Position numbers and translations under genes: made by a program. The notes under the pieces were generated by a model, which was given only the letters and a program-made list of their open reading frames with translations, was not told where the DNA came from and made no database searches. A stretch of 64,000 nucleotides of DNA from Thermoplasmata archaeon (GTDB lineage: Archaea > Thermoplasmatota > Thermoplasmata > GCA-020350865), in NCBI GenBank assembly GCA_020348445.1, contig CP070751.1, positions 4,685,060 through 4,749,059 of the forward strand. The letters run 5' to 3'. This document shows positions 27,477-40,900 of this stretch, one piece after another; the stretch's first letter is position 1; each line of letters starts with the position of its first letter.

Positions 27477-27627
27477 TACAAGATGATACAAGATATTTCT
27501 AAAGGCCAGGCAAAAATACAGATTCTCAATTGGGGGCAGTTGTCAAGAATAATTCACGGCAGCTAATTTGTAATTTCAAAAGAAGGGGGGCAATCCAAAA
27601 TCGCCATTTCCTAAGAAAGGTGAAACA

Positions 27628-30600
27628 ATGACATCAATTAAAGTGAAATTAGATGGAAATGAGATTCAGGCCTCAGCTGGCCAGACTATAATTGAGGTAT
27701 GCAGGGAAAATAACATCCAAATTCCAACTTTATGTTATGACAAGCAATTAACTCCCATTGGTAATTGTGGAATTTGTGTGGTGGAAATTAGGGGATACGG
27801 CATGGTTGCCTCATGTGCAACCAGGGTGGGAGAAGGCATGACAATTGAGACGAAAAACCCCAATGTCTTATCGGCCCGCAAAAAGCGATTGGAAGAACTG
27901 CTTTCCCATCACTATGGAGACTGCATTGCACCCTGTATCATGACCTGCCCTGCTGGCGTGGACATTCAAGGTTACATAGCTTTGATTGCAATTGGGGCTT
28001 ACAAAGAAGCCTATGACTTGATGCGTGAATGCATTCCTCTCCCAGCAACAATTGGACGCATCTGTCCTCATCCCTGTGAAGGTGTATGCCGAAGAAATAT
28101 CGTTGACCAACCTTTATCCATCTGCAAATTGAAAAGATATGCGGCAGATAGCGTGATTTTAAATGGTGAGGAGCAAATCCCAGAAGTTGAATCCAAAAGC
28201 GGTAAGAAGGTTGCCGTGGTTGGTTCAGGTCCTGCTGGGCTTTCTGCTGCATATTACCTTGCCCTAATGGGTCACGAGCCCGTGATTTTCGAGTCTTTAC
28301 CCAAACCCGGAGGCATGCTTCGTTACGGAATACCCGATTACCGCCTTCCACAGGATGTCCTTGATTTGGAGATAGAGAATATTCTAAAGCATGGCATCAC
28401 CCTGAAAACTGGGATGACTCTTGGTAAGGATTTCACAATTGATTCACTCTTTACAGACGGGTATGATGCCATATTTCTTGCAATTGGTGCGCATAAGAGC
28501 TACAGCATGAGAATCGAAGGTGAAGATCTTGAGGGTGTTCATCTTGGAACCGATTTTTTAAGAGATGTAACATTTGACAAATCCCCGGATATCAAAGGGA
28601 AAAAGGTGGTGGTCATAGGGGGAGGTAACACGGCAATTGACACCTCACGCACCGCTTTGCGTTTAGGTGCAGATTCTGTAACGATCCTCTACCGCCGCTC
28701 AAGGGTGGAAATGCCTGCCAGCGATTGGGAGATAGAGGAAGCTGAGGAAGAGGGTATTGAATTACATATATTGGCTGCTCCAAAAAAAGTAATTGGAAAG
28801 GATGGGAAGGTAAGTGTCCTTGAATGCATTAAAATGGAATTGGGCGAGCCTGATGATAGCGGAAGGAGAAGACCGATTCCAATAGAAGGTTCTGAGTTCA
28901 CGTTAGATGTGGATGTCGTGATAGCCGCAATTGGACAGGTCGCAGATCTCTCCTGTTTACCTGAAGAAAGCAAGGTTGAGGTTACCACCTGGAATATAGT
29001 TGCTTACGATGATTCTCTAATGACAAAAAGAGTAGGAGTTTTTGCAGGTGGGGATTGTGTTCTTGGTGCCGCAACTGCAATTGAGGCAATAGCACAGGGA
29101 AAGAAGGCTGCTGAGTCAATTGACATTTTCCTAAAAGGTGAAGGGCAAGAGACCAAAGAAGAGCTCATCAATGTTACAAAAGGCCTGTGGGAGGATATAG
29201 ACAAAAATGAACTTGCCCATGTTGAATCCCAGGAAAGATATAAACTTCCAACTTTAACACCTAGTGAAAGAAGAACCAATTTCCAGGAATTTGAATCTGG
29301 ATTTTCTGAAAATGATGCAAAGTCCGAGGCTGCCCGCTGCCTGGAATGCGGCTGCAAAGCTGCTTTGGACTGTGAACTGAGAACCCTGGCTTCTGAATAT
29401 GAAGTATATCCTACAGACACAGTGGATGAACCCTATTATCCTGTGGATTATTCTCATCCCTTTATCGAGCGGGATCCAAACAAATGCATTGCATGCGGGC
29501 TTTGTGTTGCCACATGCAGGGAGCTTCAGGGAGTGGGGGCAGTAAGCATGTCCTACAGGGTCAACAAATTAGAGGATATTTGCGAACACTGTGGTCATTG
29601 CGTGGCTGCATGTCCCACAGGGACCCTAGTCTCAAACAAAGCCCTTGTACCCTCACACGAGGTCAGGACCATATGTCCATATTGCGGTTGCGGATGTGGT
29701 ATGTATCTGGGAGTCAGGGGAAATCGAGTTGTCAACGTAAGAGGCGATTTTAACAATCCCTCAAATTCTGGAAGACTCTGTGTAAAAGGGAGGTTCGGGT
29801 ACGATTTCATAAACCATCCTGATCGGTTGACTGATCCTCTTATGAGACAAAACGGGGAATTTGTCAAGAAAAGTTGGGAAGAGGCCTTGGATTTTGTTGC
29901 CGAGAAATTCTTAAAATACAAGCCCGAAGAGGTGGCAGTGCTTTCATCTGCAAGATGCACAAACGAGGAGAACTATGTGGTTCAGAAATTTGCCAGGGCT
30001 GTTTTAAAAACCAATAGTGTGGATCACTGCGCAAGGCTTTGCCATGCTCCAACTGTAGCGGGGCTGGTGAAAAGCTTTGGAAGTGGGGCCATGACTAACT
30101 CCATCGGAGAGGTAAGGGATGCAAAATGCATCTTCTCCATCGGCTCCAACACAACAGAGACACACCCTATAATCGGATTGGAAGTAAAGCGTGCCGTGCA
30201 AAACGGGGCCAAGGTTATTGTGGCAAATCCCAAAAGAATAGATCTTGTCAATATCGCAGACATCTGGCTTCAGCAAAGACCAGGTAGTGATGTGGCCCTT
30301 CTTATGGGGATGTGCAAAGTCATTCTTGATGAAGGCTTGGACAAACAGGATTTCTTTGAAGTGAGATGCGAAAACTTCGGGATCTTTAAAGATTCACTTG
30401 CAGATTTCACCCCCGAATTCGTGGAAAAGGCAACTGGAATTGAATGGGAGAAGATTGCCGAGGCAGCGAAAATATATGCAAAGAACTCTCCTGCTTCCAC
30501 ACTCTTTGCCATGGGAATAACACAGCATTCCCACGGAACAGACAATGTCCTTGCTGTGGCGAACCTCGCCATGCTTACCGGAAACGTGGGAAAGGAGAGT

Positions 30601-31680
30601 GCAGGGGTAAATCCACTTCGGGGGCAAAACAACGTTCAGGGTGCATGCGATCTAGGGGCTTTACCAAATGTGTATCCTGGGTACCAGCGTGTGAATGATG
30701 AAGCCGTGCAAAAGAAATTCGAGGATGCCTGGGGTGTGGAACTGGATCCCAATCCCGGTCTCACAGTTACAGAGATAATTGATGCTGCACACAAGGGACA
30801 GATCAAAGCCCTGTATATTGTTGGTGAGAATCCCATGCTCTCTGATCCTGATATAAATCATGTGAGGGAGGCACTTCAAAAACTTGAACTCCTCGTGGTA
30901 AATGATATATTCCTTTCAGAAACTGCACAATTTGCCCATGTCGTGTTTCCTGCGGCAAGTTTTGCAGAAAAAGATGGTACATATACCAATACAGAAAGGA
31001 GGATCCAGAGAATCAGAACCGCAATCGAGCCTGTGGGTAATAGCATGCCTGATTGGTGGATAGTAGGTGAGGTGGCGAGGCACATGAATGCAAAGGGTTT
31101 TGAGTTTGTCAATGCATCTGATATCATGGATGAGATCGCTTCAGTTTCACCCATTTATGGCGGTATAAGTTTCCAAAGAATAGAGGATGTGGGCCTGCAG
31201 TGGCCCTGTCCAAATACTGATCACCCCGGTACAAAATTCCTGCATGAAGATAAATTTTCAAGGGGTCTGGGTTGCTTCCAGCGTTTGGAGTACAGGCCTC
31301 CTGCTGAGCTGCCTGATGAGGAATATCCACTTGTTCTAACCACAGCGCGTATGCTGTATCACTTCCATACAGGTACAATGACCCGAAAGGTGGAGGGTTT
31401 AAATGTCATCCGCCCCACAGAAAGGGTTGAGATCAATCCTGGTGACTCGGAAAAGTTGAATATCGCTCATGATGAGAAAATCAATATAATCTCCCGCCGC
31501 GGTAAAATCACAGGGAAAGCCTTTATAACAGAAAATGTCCCCCCTGGGGTGATTTCCATGAGCTTCCATTTTGCCGAAACACCTACAAATGCCCTGACAA
31601 ATCCCGTGCTAGACCCAGTCTCAAAGATCCCTGAGCTGAAAGTGTGCGCCGTTAGAGTGGAGAAGGTGAAAGACCAATAA
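27628..31680 (+). CDS. fdhF: Single-chain formate dehydrogenase: [2Fe-2S] + GltD-like FAD/NADPH module + 2x[4Fe-4S] + Mo/W-bisPGD FdhF catalytic domain
   Basis: GNCGICVVE; CIAPC..TCP, ICPHPCE..CRR; GSGPAGL, GGGNTAID, YRRSR; CIACGLC, CEHCGHC; CPYCGCGC; CARLCH (Cys, TGC codon); LRGQNNVQG. Confidence 0.9.
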   Translation: MTSIKVKLDGNEIQASAGQTIIEVCRENNIQIPTLCYDKQLTPIGNCGICVVEIRGYGMVASCATRVGEGMTIETKNPNVLSARKKRLEELLSHHYGDCIAPCIMTCPAGVDIQGYIALIAIGAYKEAYDLMRECIPLPATIGRICPHPCEGVCRRNIVDQPLSICKLKRYAADSVILNGEEQIPEVESKSGKKVAVVGSGPAGLSAAYYLALMGHEPVIFESLPKPGGMLRYGIPDYRLPQDVLDLEIENILKHGITLKTGMTLGKDFTIDSLFTDGYDAIFLAIGAHKSYSMRIEGEDLEGVHLGTDFLRDVTFDKSPDIKGKKVVVIGGGNTAIDTSRTALRLGADSVTILYRRSRVEMPASDWEIEEAEEEGIELHILAAPKKVIGKDGKVSVLECIKMELGEPDDSGRRRPIPIEGSEFTLDVDVVIAAIGQVADLSCLPEESKVEVTTWNIVAYDDSLMTKRVGVFAGGDCVLGAATAIEAIAQGKKAAESIDIFLKGEGQETKEELINVTKGLWEDIDKNELAHVESQERYKLPTLTPSERRTNFQEFESGFSENDAKSEAARCLECGCKAALDCELRTLASEYEVYPTDTVDEPYYPVDYSHPFIERDPNKCIACGLCVATCRELQGVGAVSMSYRVNKLEDICEHCGHCVAACPTGTLVSNKALVPSHEVRTICPYCGCGCGMYLGVRGNRVVNVRGDFNNPSNSGRLCVKGRFGYDFINHPDRLTDPLMRQNGEFVKKSWEEALDFVAEKFLKYKPEEVAVLSSARCTNEENYVVQKFARAVLKTNSVDHCARLCHAPTVAGLVKSFGSGAMTNSIGEVRDAKCIFSIGSNTTETHPIIGLEVKRAVQNGAKVIVANPKRIDLVNIADIWLQQRPGSDVALLMGMCKVILDEGLDKQDFFEVRCENFGIFKDSLADFTPEFVEKATGIEWEKIAEAAKIYAKNSPASTLFAMGITQHSHGTDNVLAVANLAMLTGNVGKESAGVNPLRGQNNVQGACDLGALPNVYPGYQRVNDEAVQKKFEDAWGVELDPNPGLTVTEIIDAAHKGQIKALYIVGENPMLSDPDINHVREALQKLELLVVNDIFLSETAQFAHVVFPAASFAEKDGTYTNTERRIQRIRTAIEPVGNSMPDWWIVGEVARHMNAKGFEFVNASDIMDEIASVSPIYGGISFQRIEDVGLQWPCPNTDHPGTKFLHEDKFSRGLGCFQRLEYRPPAELPDEEYPLVLTTARMLYHFHTGTMTRKVEGLNVIRPTERVEINPGDSEKLNIAHDEKINIISRRGKITGKAFITENVPPGVISMSFHFAETPTNALTNPVLDPVSKIPELKVCAVRVEKVKDQ

Positions 31681-31729
31681 GTGGATGAGAATTCCCCAAA
31701 ATACCCCGTTTTTTAGCCAAATTAATCCA

Positions 31730-31780
31730 ATACTTTAACCAATCTGAAGCAAAAGTATATTAACATGTATGTACATGTTC
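31730..31780 (+). promoter_or_regulatory. Promoter and palindromic operator of giant gene 1
   Basis: BRE/TATA-like GCAAAAG-TATATTAA followed by AACATGTA-tg-TACATGTT (31762-31779). The block recurs at 46407-46457. Confidence 0.75.
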
Positions 31781-31826
31781 CCTATATAAAGCCTTTAGGA
31801 CGATAGGAGGTGAGGATTCACTTCAT

Positions 31827-31934
31827 ATGTCTGCAAAAGCGGATTTATCTGGAGGGGATTCTTCTGCTGAAGTGGCATATGGGGTGATTCTTCTCCAATT
31901 ACTGTACTTTAGGCTAGCAGAGAAATTTCAGTGA
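31827..31934 (+). CDS. Possible 35-aa upstream ORF in the leader of giant gene 1
   Basis: MSAKADLSGGDSSAEVAYGVILLQLLYFRLAEKFQ, preceded by GGAGGTGA (spacing to the ATG is long), ending 16 nt before the main ATG. Confidence 0.35.
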   Translation: MSAKADLSGGDSSAEVAYGVILLQLLYFRLAEKFQ

Positions 31935-31950
31935 TCTCAGAGGTGGAATT

Positions 31951-34900
31951 ATGAGGAATGGGACAAGGGGGGGTAAATCCCTCAAGAGAGCGAACACTAT
32001 CGCTGTGGCTACGATTCTCATTTTTGGAATGTTCGTTTTGGCTGTAACACCGCCAGGAGAGGAACCAGATACAATTGAAGATTGGCCTTCCGAAAATGAG
32101 TGGATTAACTACACATTTAGAGGAGAGAGAATCCGGGATTGGGAAGACAAACCCTATGAGAACGATCCCACCCATGGAATTGCCAATGTGCAGCCCGATG
32201 CTGTTGACATCGCATCTGGTGTGGATGCATCTGGTGGAGGAGCCGGCAACAATCCTGGCAACTACACATCGGTTCAATATTTTTACGATGACGTCAATGG
32301 AGATAGCGATGGATTCAACAACATAGATGATGACTGGCTGTTTCTAAGAATGAGAGTTGCTGGGGACCCAAGACATTCAGGAAAATATTACTATAAAGCA
32401 TATCATTGGGATATCCTTTTAGAGATAGACGGTGACATCTATAGTGAATTTGTTGTGGATATAAATGGAGGAGGGGGCTATTTCCAGTTTGGAACCGTCG
32501 GCGTTTACTACAACGATACTGAAGATTACGAATATGATCCAGACAATGATTGGGTGTGGCTACAGGAGGCCAGGAAGGCCAAGAACAATTTCACAAGAGT
32601 GCAAGAAATCGGCTACGGAACCGATACCGAAGATGACGACCAATGGTGGATAGAATACAGAATTCCTGTAACCGCGTTTACAGATTATGATGACAACCAG
32701 CTGCTGGGTGCAGATACCGATTTTCTATTATTTTTCAGCACATCGGCATCCATGACAAATCCACTTCAGAAGGACTGGATGGGAGAGTACGTTTTCGGCG
32801 AGCCAGCCAATATTACAGTTGAAAAGACTGTAGAGGAGGATATTGTTGCAGCTGGCGATATCTTACATTATAAAATCTATTACAATAATACTGGTGAATT
32901 CAATGCCAATCATGTATGGATAAACGACACTATTCCAGAATATACCACGTTTGTGGAGTGCTCCCCACCCTATGATTCAGTGGATGGACGAACCTACACC
33001 TGGCATTTTACAGATGTGGAATCTGGGAATCATACAGTCTATCTCAATGTTTCTGTTGATAGCGATGTTCCTGATGGAACTATACTCAGGAATGTGGTTG
33101 TGCTGAACTACACCGATGATCACGATGAAGAGAAACCAGGCTCAGAGGACGAAACTGAGAATGAAGTAGAGGGCCCGTTCATGGACTTTGCAAAGGATGC
33201 AGATCTAACATTCGCTGATCCTGGGGACACCATAAACTACACTCTTACATATGAAAACACGGGAAGTGGTGGGGCATACAATGTGGTGATAACAGACATA
33301 TTACCTGATCATGTGGAATTCGATTATAGTGTCCCAGCACCGACTTCAGTTGACGGAAATACCCTTACCTGGGAGTTTGGTGTTGTATCTGGATTCAGTG
33401 TGAATTACATCTATGTCTATGTAACTGTGGATGCTTACACAGAGAACGGAACCTATCTTGTCAACTTTGCCAACATGAGCTACGAGGATGTCAACGAGAA
33501 TCCATATCCCACCTTGGAGGATTGGGCAAATGTCACTGTTGTTGCTCCCTTGATGACCATCTCAAAGACAGCGGATGTCACAGTGGCCGACCCTGGAGAT
33601 CAGATAATCTACACCATCGATTACGAGAATACTTGGTCGGGTGACGCAACCAATGTGGTAATTGAAGATACCATAGATCCTGACACCACCTATGTCAACG
33701 CATCTTTAGCTCCATCAAACATTGCAGGAGATGTTATCACATGGAATATCGGGACCATATCCGGTGGGGGCTCAGGAAGCATAACTCTGATTGTGAAGGT
33801 AGATGTAAATGTGGAAGATGGGACTACATTGACGAACATAGTGACCCTTAACTATGATGATGCTAACGGCAATCCTCAGGATGAAGAGACAGATAGTGTG
33901 AATGTGAGTGTCACTGCCCCTGATATGACAATATCCAAGTCCGCTGATGTGAGCTATGCAGATCCAGGAGATGAAATCACCTATAACATAACCTATGAGA
34001 ATACCGGCTCAGGTGTTGCGGCACAAGTCTGGATAGTTGACACTATACCCTCATATACAACCTATGTTTCCTCCTCACCTGCGTATACCTCAGTCTCAGG
34101 AGATTCGTATACATGGCATTTCACGAATGTCAGTCAGGGCACTTACTACATAACATTAAAAGTGAAGGTGGATGTGGGAACAGTCCCCGGAACAATTTTG
34201 ATTAACAATGTTACCCTAGACTATACGGACGCAAACGGCAACCAGCCCTACGATACAGAGGACGATTCTGCCACTGTAACTGTCACGGCTCCAGATATTA
34301 CCCTGAGTAAAGAAGCTGATGTGACTACTGCAGATCCTGGTGATATCATCACATACAACATAACCTACTCGAACAACGGAAACGGATTGGCAGCTCATGT
34401 GTGGATAAATGACACCATACCTACAGATACAACATTTGTATCATCATCGGTAAACTACACTGCTAAATCAGGTGATACATACACATGGCACTTTACAGAT
34501 ATTGGTCCTGGCGCCTACTATATAATTCTAAAAGTGAGGGTAGATGTGGGTACAGAACCGGGAACGACATTAACAAACTATGTTACCTTGGAATACACAG
34601 ATGCAAACGGTAACCAACCGTACGATACTGAGCAAGATTCAGCAACTGTTACCGCCACAGCTCCTGCCATGACCATAAGCAAGAATGCAGATGTCACCAC
34701 CGCTGATCCAGGTGACCTCATCATCTACAATATCACATACTCAAACAATGGAAACGGAGTGGCAGCTCATGTCTGGATTAATGATACCATACCTGCAGAT
34801 ACAACATTTGTATCGTCATCGGTAAACTACACTGCTTCCTCCGGTGACACATATACCTGGCACTTTACAGATGTTAATCCAGGCACTTACTATATAATCC

Positions 34901-37900
34901 TAAAAGTAAGGGTCGATGTGGGCACAGAACCCGGAAAGACATTAACTAACGATGTTACCTTAGATTACACAGATGCAAACGGTAACCAGCCATACGATAC
35001 CGAGCACGATTCAGCAGCTGTAACAGCCACTGCTCCTGACATGATCATTAGCAAGAATGCTGATGTTACTACTGCTGATCCTGGCGACATCATCACATAC
35101 ACTATAACATATTCAAACAACGGAAACGGAGTAGCTGCCCATGTATGGGTAAACGATACTATACCTGGGGATACAACATTTGTATCATCATCGCCAAACT
35201 ATACTGCCTCATCTGGTGATACATACACATGGCACTTCACAGATGTTGACCCAGGCATCTTCTATATCATCCTTAAAGTAAGGGTAGATGTGGGCACAGA
35301 ACCCGGAACGATATTAACTAACAATGTTACCTTAGAATACACAGATGCAAACGGTAACCAGCCATACGATACCGAGCAGGATTCAGCAACTGTAACAGCC
35401 ACTGCTCCTGACATGACCATAAGCAAGAATGCTGATGTAAGCACTGCCGATCCAGGAGACATCATCACATACAATATAACATATTCGAGCAACGGAAACG
35501 GTGTCGCAGCCCATGTCTGGGTAAACGATACCATACCTGGGGATACAACATTTGTATCATCATCGCCAAACTTTACAGCCTCATCTGGTGATACATACAC
35601 ATGGCACTTCACAGATGTTGATCCAGGCACTTACTATATAATTCTAAAAGTAAGGGTCGATATCGGTACAGCTCCAAGTACAATCTTACATAACGAAGTT
35701 ACTTTGGATTACACAGATGCAAACGGCAACCAGCCTTATGATACCGAGACAGATTCTGTGAACGTTACAGTCACCGCTCCCGAGATAACAGTTGGTAAAG
35801 ATGCGGATGTCAGCTTTGCCGATCCAGGAGACATAATCACTTATAATATAACATACTCGAACAACGGAAACGGTGTCGCAGCCCATGTCTGGGTGAACGA
35901 TACAATACCTGATCATACAACTTTTGTATCTTCGTCCCCTAACTACACAGCTTTATCTGGAAGCAAATACACCTGGCACTTCACAGATGTCGATCCCGGC
36001 ACCTATTATATAATCCTAAAAATGAGGGTAGATGTGGGTACAGCCCCAAGTACAATATTGCATAACGAGGTTACCTTGGATTATATGGATGCAAACGGGA
36101 ATCAACCGTATGACACACAAACTGATTCTGTGAATGTTACAGTGACTGCCCCTGATATGACAATAAATAAAGATGCTGATGTTACAGTAGCAGACCCAGG
36201 CGACATCATCACATACAATATAACATACTCGAACAACGGAAACGGTGTGGCTGCCCATGTCTGGGTGAACGATACAATACCTGGAGATACAACATTTGTA
36301 TCATCATCTCCGAACTATACAGCCTCATCTGGTGACACCTACATATGGCACTTCACCAATGTCAATCCTGGCACCTATTACATAATTCTTAAAGTAAGTG
36401 TCGATGTGGGCACGGCTCCAAGTACAATATTGCATAACGAGGTTACCTTGGATTATATGGATGCAAATGGAAATCAACCGTATGACACACAAACTGATTC
36501 TGTGAACGTTACAGTGACTGCCCCTGATATGACTATAAGTAAGAATGCTGATGTAACCACGGCTGATCCTGGCGATGTCATCACATACAATATTACATAT
36601 TCGAACAACGGAAACGGTATAGCAGCTCATGTCTGGGTGAATGATACAATACCTGGAGATACAACATTTGTATCATCATCTCCGAACTATACTGCTAAAT
36701 CAGGTGACACTTTCACATGGCACTTTACAGATGTCGGTCCAGGCACATACTATATAATCATAAAAGTAAAGGTCGATGTAGGCACAGAGCCCAGGACTAC
36801 ATTGCTTAATAATGTCACATTAGATTATACTGACGCAAACGGCAACCAGCCATACGATACTGAGAGTGATTTTGCAACTGTCACTGCCACGGCTCCTGAT
36901 ATGACTATCAGTAAAAATGCGGATGTAACCACCGCAGATCCGGGTGACTTTATCATCTACAATATCACCTACTCTAACAATGGAAACGGAGTAGCTGCCC
37001 ATGTCTGGGTAAAAGATACAATACCTGCAGATACTACATTTGTATCATCATCACCAAACTATACTTCTAAATCAGGTGACACTTTCACCTGGCACTTCAC
37101 AAATGTCGATCCAGGAACCTACTATATCATACTAAAAGTAAGGGTCGACGTGGGCACAGATCCAAGAACAACATTGCTTAATAATGTCACATTAGATTAT
37201 ACTGACGCAAACGGCAACCAGCCATATGATACTGAGAGGGACTCTGCAATTGTCACTGCCACTGCTCCAGACATGACCATAAGCAAGAATGCTGATGTTT
37301 CCACCGCAGATCCAGGTGACTTTATCATCTACAATATCACCTACTCAAACAATGGAAACGGTGTGGCAGCTCATGTCTGGGTAAAAGATACAATACCTGC
37401 AGATACAACTTATATTTCCTCATCACCAAACTATACTGCTAAATCAGGTGACACTTTCACCTGGCACTTCACAAATGTCGATCCAGGCACTTACTACATA
37501 ACACTGAAAGTCAAGGTGGATGTGGGTACCGATCCAAGAACAACATTGCTTAATAATGTCACATTAGATTATACTGATGCAAACAGCAACCAGCCATACG
37601 ATACTGAGAGGGACTCTGCAACTGTCACTGCCACTGCTCCAGACATAACCATAAACAAAAATGCTGACGTCAGTATAGCCGATCCCAGTGATATAATCAC
37701 ATACAATATCACATACTCAAACAATGGAAACGGCGTGGCAGCTCATGTCTGGATCAACGATACCATACCTGCAGATACAACATTTGTATCTTCATCACCA
37801 AACTATACTGCTTCCTCCGGTGACACATTCACCTGGCACTTCACAGATGTCGATCCCGGCACATGTTGGATAATACTGAAAGTAAGGGTTGATGTGGACA

Positions 37901-40900
37901 CACCCGATGGAACCACGCTTGTAAACGAAGTAACACTTGACTTTACTGATGACAATGGTAACCAGCCTTATCCCACCCAAAATGACACAGCAATTGTTTA
38001 TGTAACAGCTCCTACTATGATCATTATAAAAACCGCAAATACCAACAAGGCAGATCCAGGTGATACTGTAGTCTATACGATCTACTATGAAAACACAGGA
38101 ACAGGTGATGCAACAAATGTTGTAATAGAGGATACTTTACCTGAAAACGTTACCTTTGAGGATGCTGATCCCTATCCAAATTCCACAACAAGTGGTAAAC
38201 TCATTTGGAATATCGGAACTGTCCCTGGCGATACAGATGGTACGATTACAGTATGGGTTACCGTGAATATCGGTTCACCCGACGGTGAACTCTTGCGTAA
38301 TTTTGTTGTCCTTGAATATGATGATGACAACGAGAATCCGCAACCAGACGAGAACGATTCTGCAGATGTCACAGTCACAGCACCCGTGATGTCATTCTCC
38401 AAGTGTGTATGTCACAGATATGCTGATCCAGGGGATTACATACAGTATAGAATACAATATAGAAATTCGGGAAGTGGAAATGCAACAAATGTCGTTATAA
38501 TAGATACTCTATCCGAAAATATGACCCTTATAAGCTCTAATCCAGCCTATGACAATGTGAGTGGAAATGTATACAAATGGTATATCGGATTGGTGGGACC
38601 CTATACCCACGGATCCATTACCATTTTAGTTCAGGTCAATGTTGGAGTTGAGGATGGCACGGTTCTTCCCAATAAAGCGACACTTGATTATTCAGATGAT
38701 AATGGCAATCCATACGATAGGGAGACTCGATGGGCCAATGTCACTGTTACTGCTCCAATCATGACCATTGAAAAATCCGCAGATGTGATAAAAGCAGATC
38801 CCAGCGATTACATCACATACACAATTGAATATGAGAACACTGGAACAGGTGAGGCAACTGGAATCGTGATTGTTGACACAATCCCGGCCTATACAACATT
38901 CATAAACTCAACTCCAGCCTTTGATTATCAAAGCGGTAATTCCTACTATTGGAACTTCTCATCCGTTGCTGGCGAAACAAATGGAATCATAACCATAGTT
39001 GTTAAGGTGAATGCTTATACAACAGACGGTACCCTTTTGACAAATACCGTAACTCTCGACTACAACGATGCCAATGGAAATCCATATGACCAAGAGAACG
39101 ACACAGCCGAAGTTACAGTCACGGCTCCAGACATGATCATAATTAAGGTTTCAGATGTGGATGACGCTGATCCAGGTGATCCTATTGAATACACTTTGAC
39201 TTACATAAATCGCGGAAGCGGTATAGCAACTGATATTGTAATAACAGATACTATACCTGAACATACAACGTACGTGGACTCCGATCCAACCTATGACCAG
39301 GTCAGTGGTAGGATATACAAGTGGATAAATATCATAAACGTTGGACCGTACTCAAGCGGGAACATCACGATAACTGTGAGAGTGAACGTTGGCACCGCTG
39401 ATGGAATCCTACTGCGTAATAAGGCAACCCTGGATTACGACGATGCCAATGGAAATCCGTACCCGCAAGAGAACGATACAGCCGATGTCACTGTTACGGC
39501 TCCTGACATGATCATCGAGAAATCTGCATACGTGATCACCGCCGATCCCAGCGATTACATCACTTACACAATCGTGTATACGAACCTTGGAACAGGCGAG
39601 GCCACGGATGTTATCATAGTGGATAAGATTCCCGCAGATACAACCTTTAAAAACTCCACTCCAATGTTCGATTCACAAAGCGGTGATTTCTTTACCTGGA
39701 ACTTCAGCTCCATTTTAGGCCTATCAAATGGGACCATAACAATAATTGTCCAGGTTGACGCATACACCCCTGATGGGAGATTGCTTACAAACATTGCAAC
39801 CCTGGATTACAACGACGCCAATGGAAATCCGTACCCACAGGAGAACGATACAGCCCATGTTACAGTAACAGCCCCGGTATTAAGATTCGGTAAATTAGCT
39901 AATGTGGCCAAGGCCGATCCCTCGGACCCAATTGTGTATGCATTGACCTACTCAAATATCGGAACAGGCGTAGCAACTGATATCGTGGTTGCCGATACAA
40001 TACCAGGGGACACAACCTTCGTTTCCTCCAATCCGTCATACAGTTATGTTATCAACGACACTTATTACTGGAATGTCAGCACACTGGCAGGGGGTGCTAA
40101 CGGGTCAATAAAAATCACTGTCACCGTGAACGCAGGAACAGGCGATGGAAAGCTCCTTCATAATTCTGCTACCTTCGATTATGATGATGCCAACGGAAAC
40201 CCATACCCGCAAAAAGAAGCCTCTGCAGATGTCATAGTCACGGCTCCTGTATTAAATATCATAAAGACAGCCGATGTAGCAACTGCTGATCCCGATGATT
40301 TGATCACATATACAATCGTGTTTATCAATTCAGGAACTGGTAACGCAACAGATGTGTGGATAGTGGATACGATTCCTGCCTATACGACCTTCTTGAATGC
40401 TTCTCCATATTATGATTACAATGAAAACGACACCTACAAGTGGTATTTTGCCTTAGTCGAGGGAAGTACAAATATAACTATAACCATTCTTGTAAAAGTG
40501 GATGTGGGAACACCTGATGAGACTCTGCTTCATAATGGCGTAATACTCGAGTATTCCGACGATAACGGCAATCCACTTGATAATGAGACAAGTAGCGACG
40601 ATGTTATAGTTACGGCTCCCATTTTGTCACTTAACAAGACTGCGGATGTTGCCACCGCCGACCCGGATGATACCATCATATACACAATAAAATATGAAAA
40701 CAAAGGAACTGGTTGGGCCTCTCTCGTTGAGATAGTGGATACAATACCAGCAGATACCACCTTTGTTAGTGCATCAACAGGTTATAACGTATCAGGAGAT
40801 GTATATACATGGATCATTGGGAACCTAGCACCAAACGGATCCGGCATCATTACAATAACAGTCAAAGTAGATATTGCTACACCCGATGAGACAACCTTGC

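Noticed and set aside
30025-30050. Selenocysteine in the formate dehydrogenase
   Set aside because: The active-site codon is TGC (CARLCH) and the ORF has no in-frame TGA.
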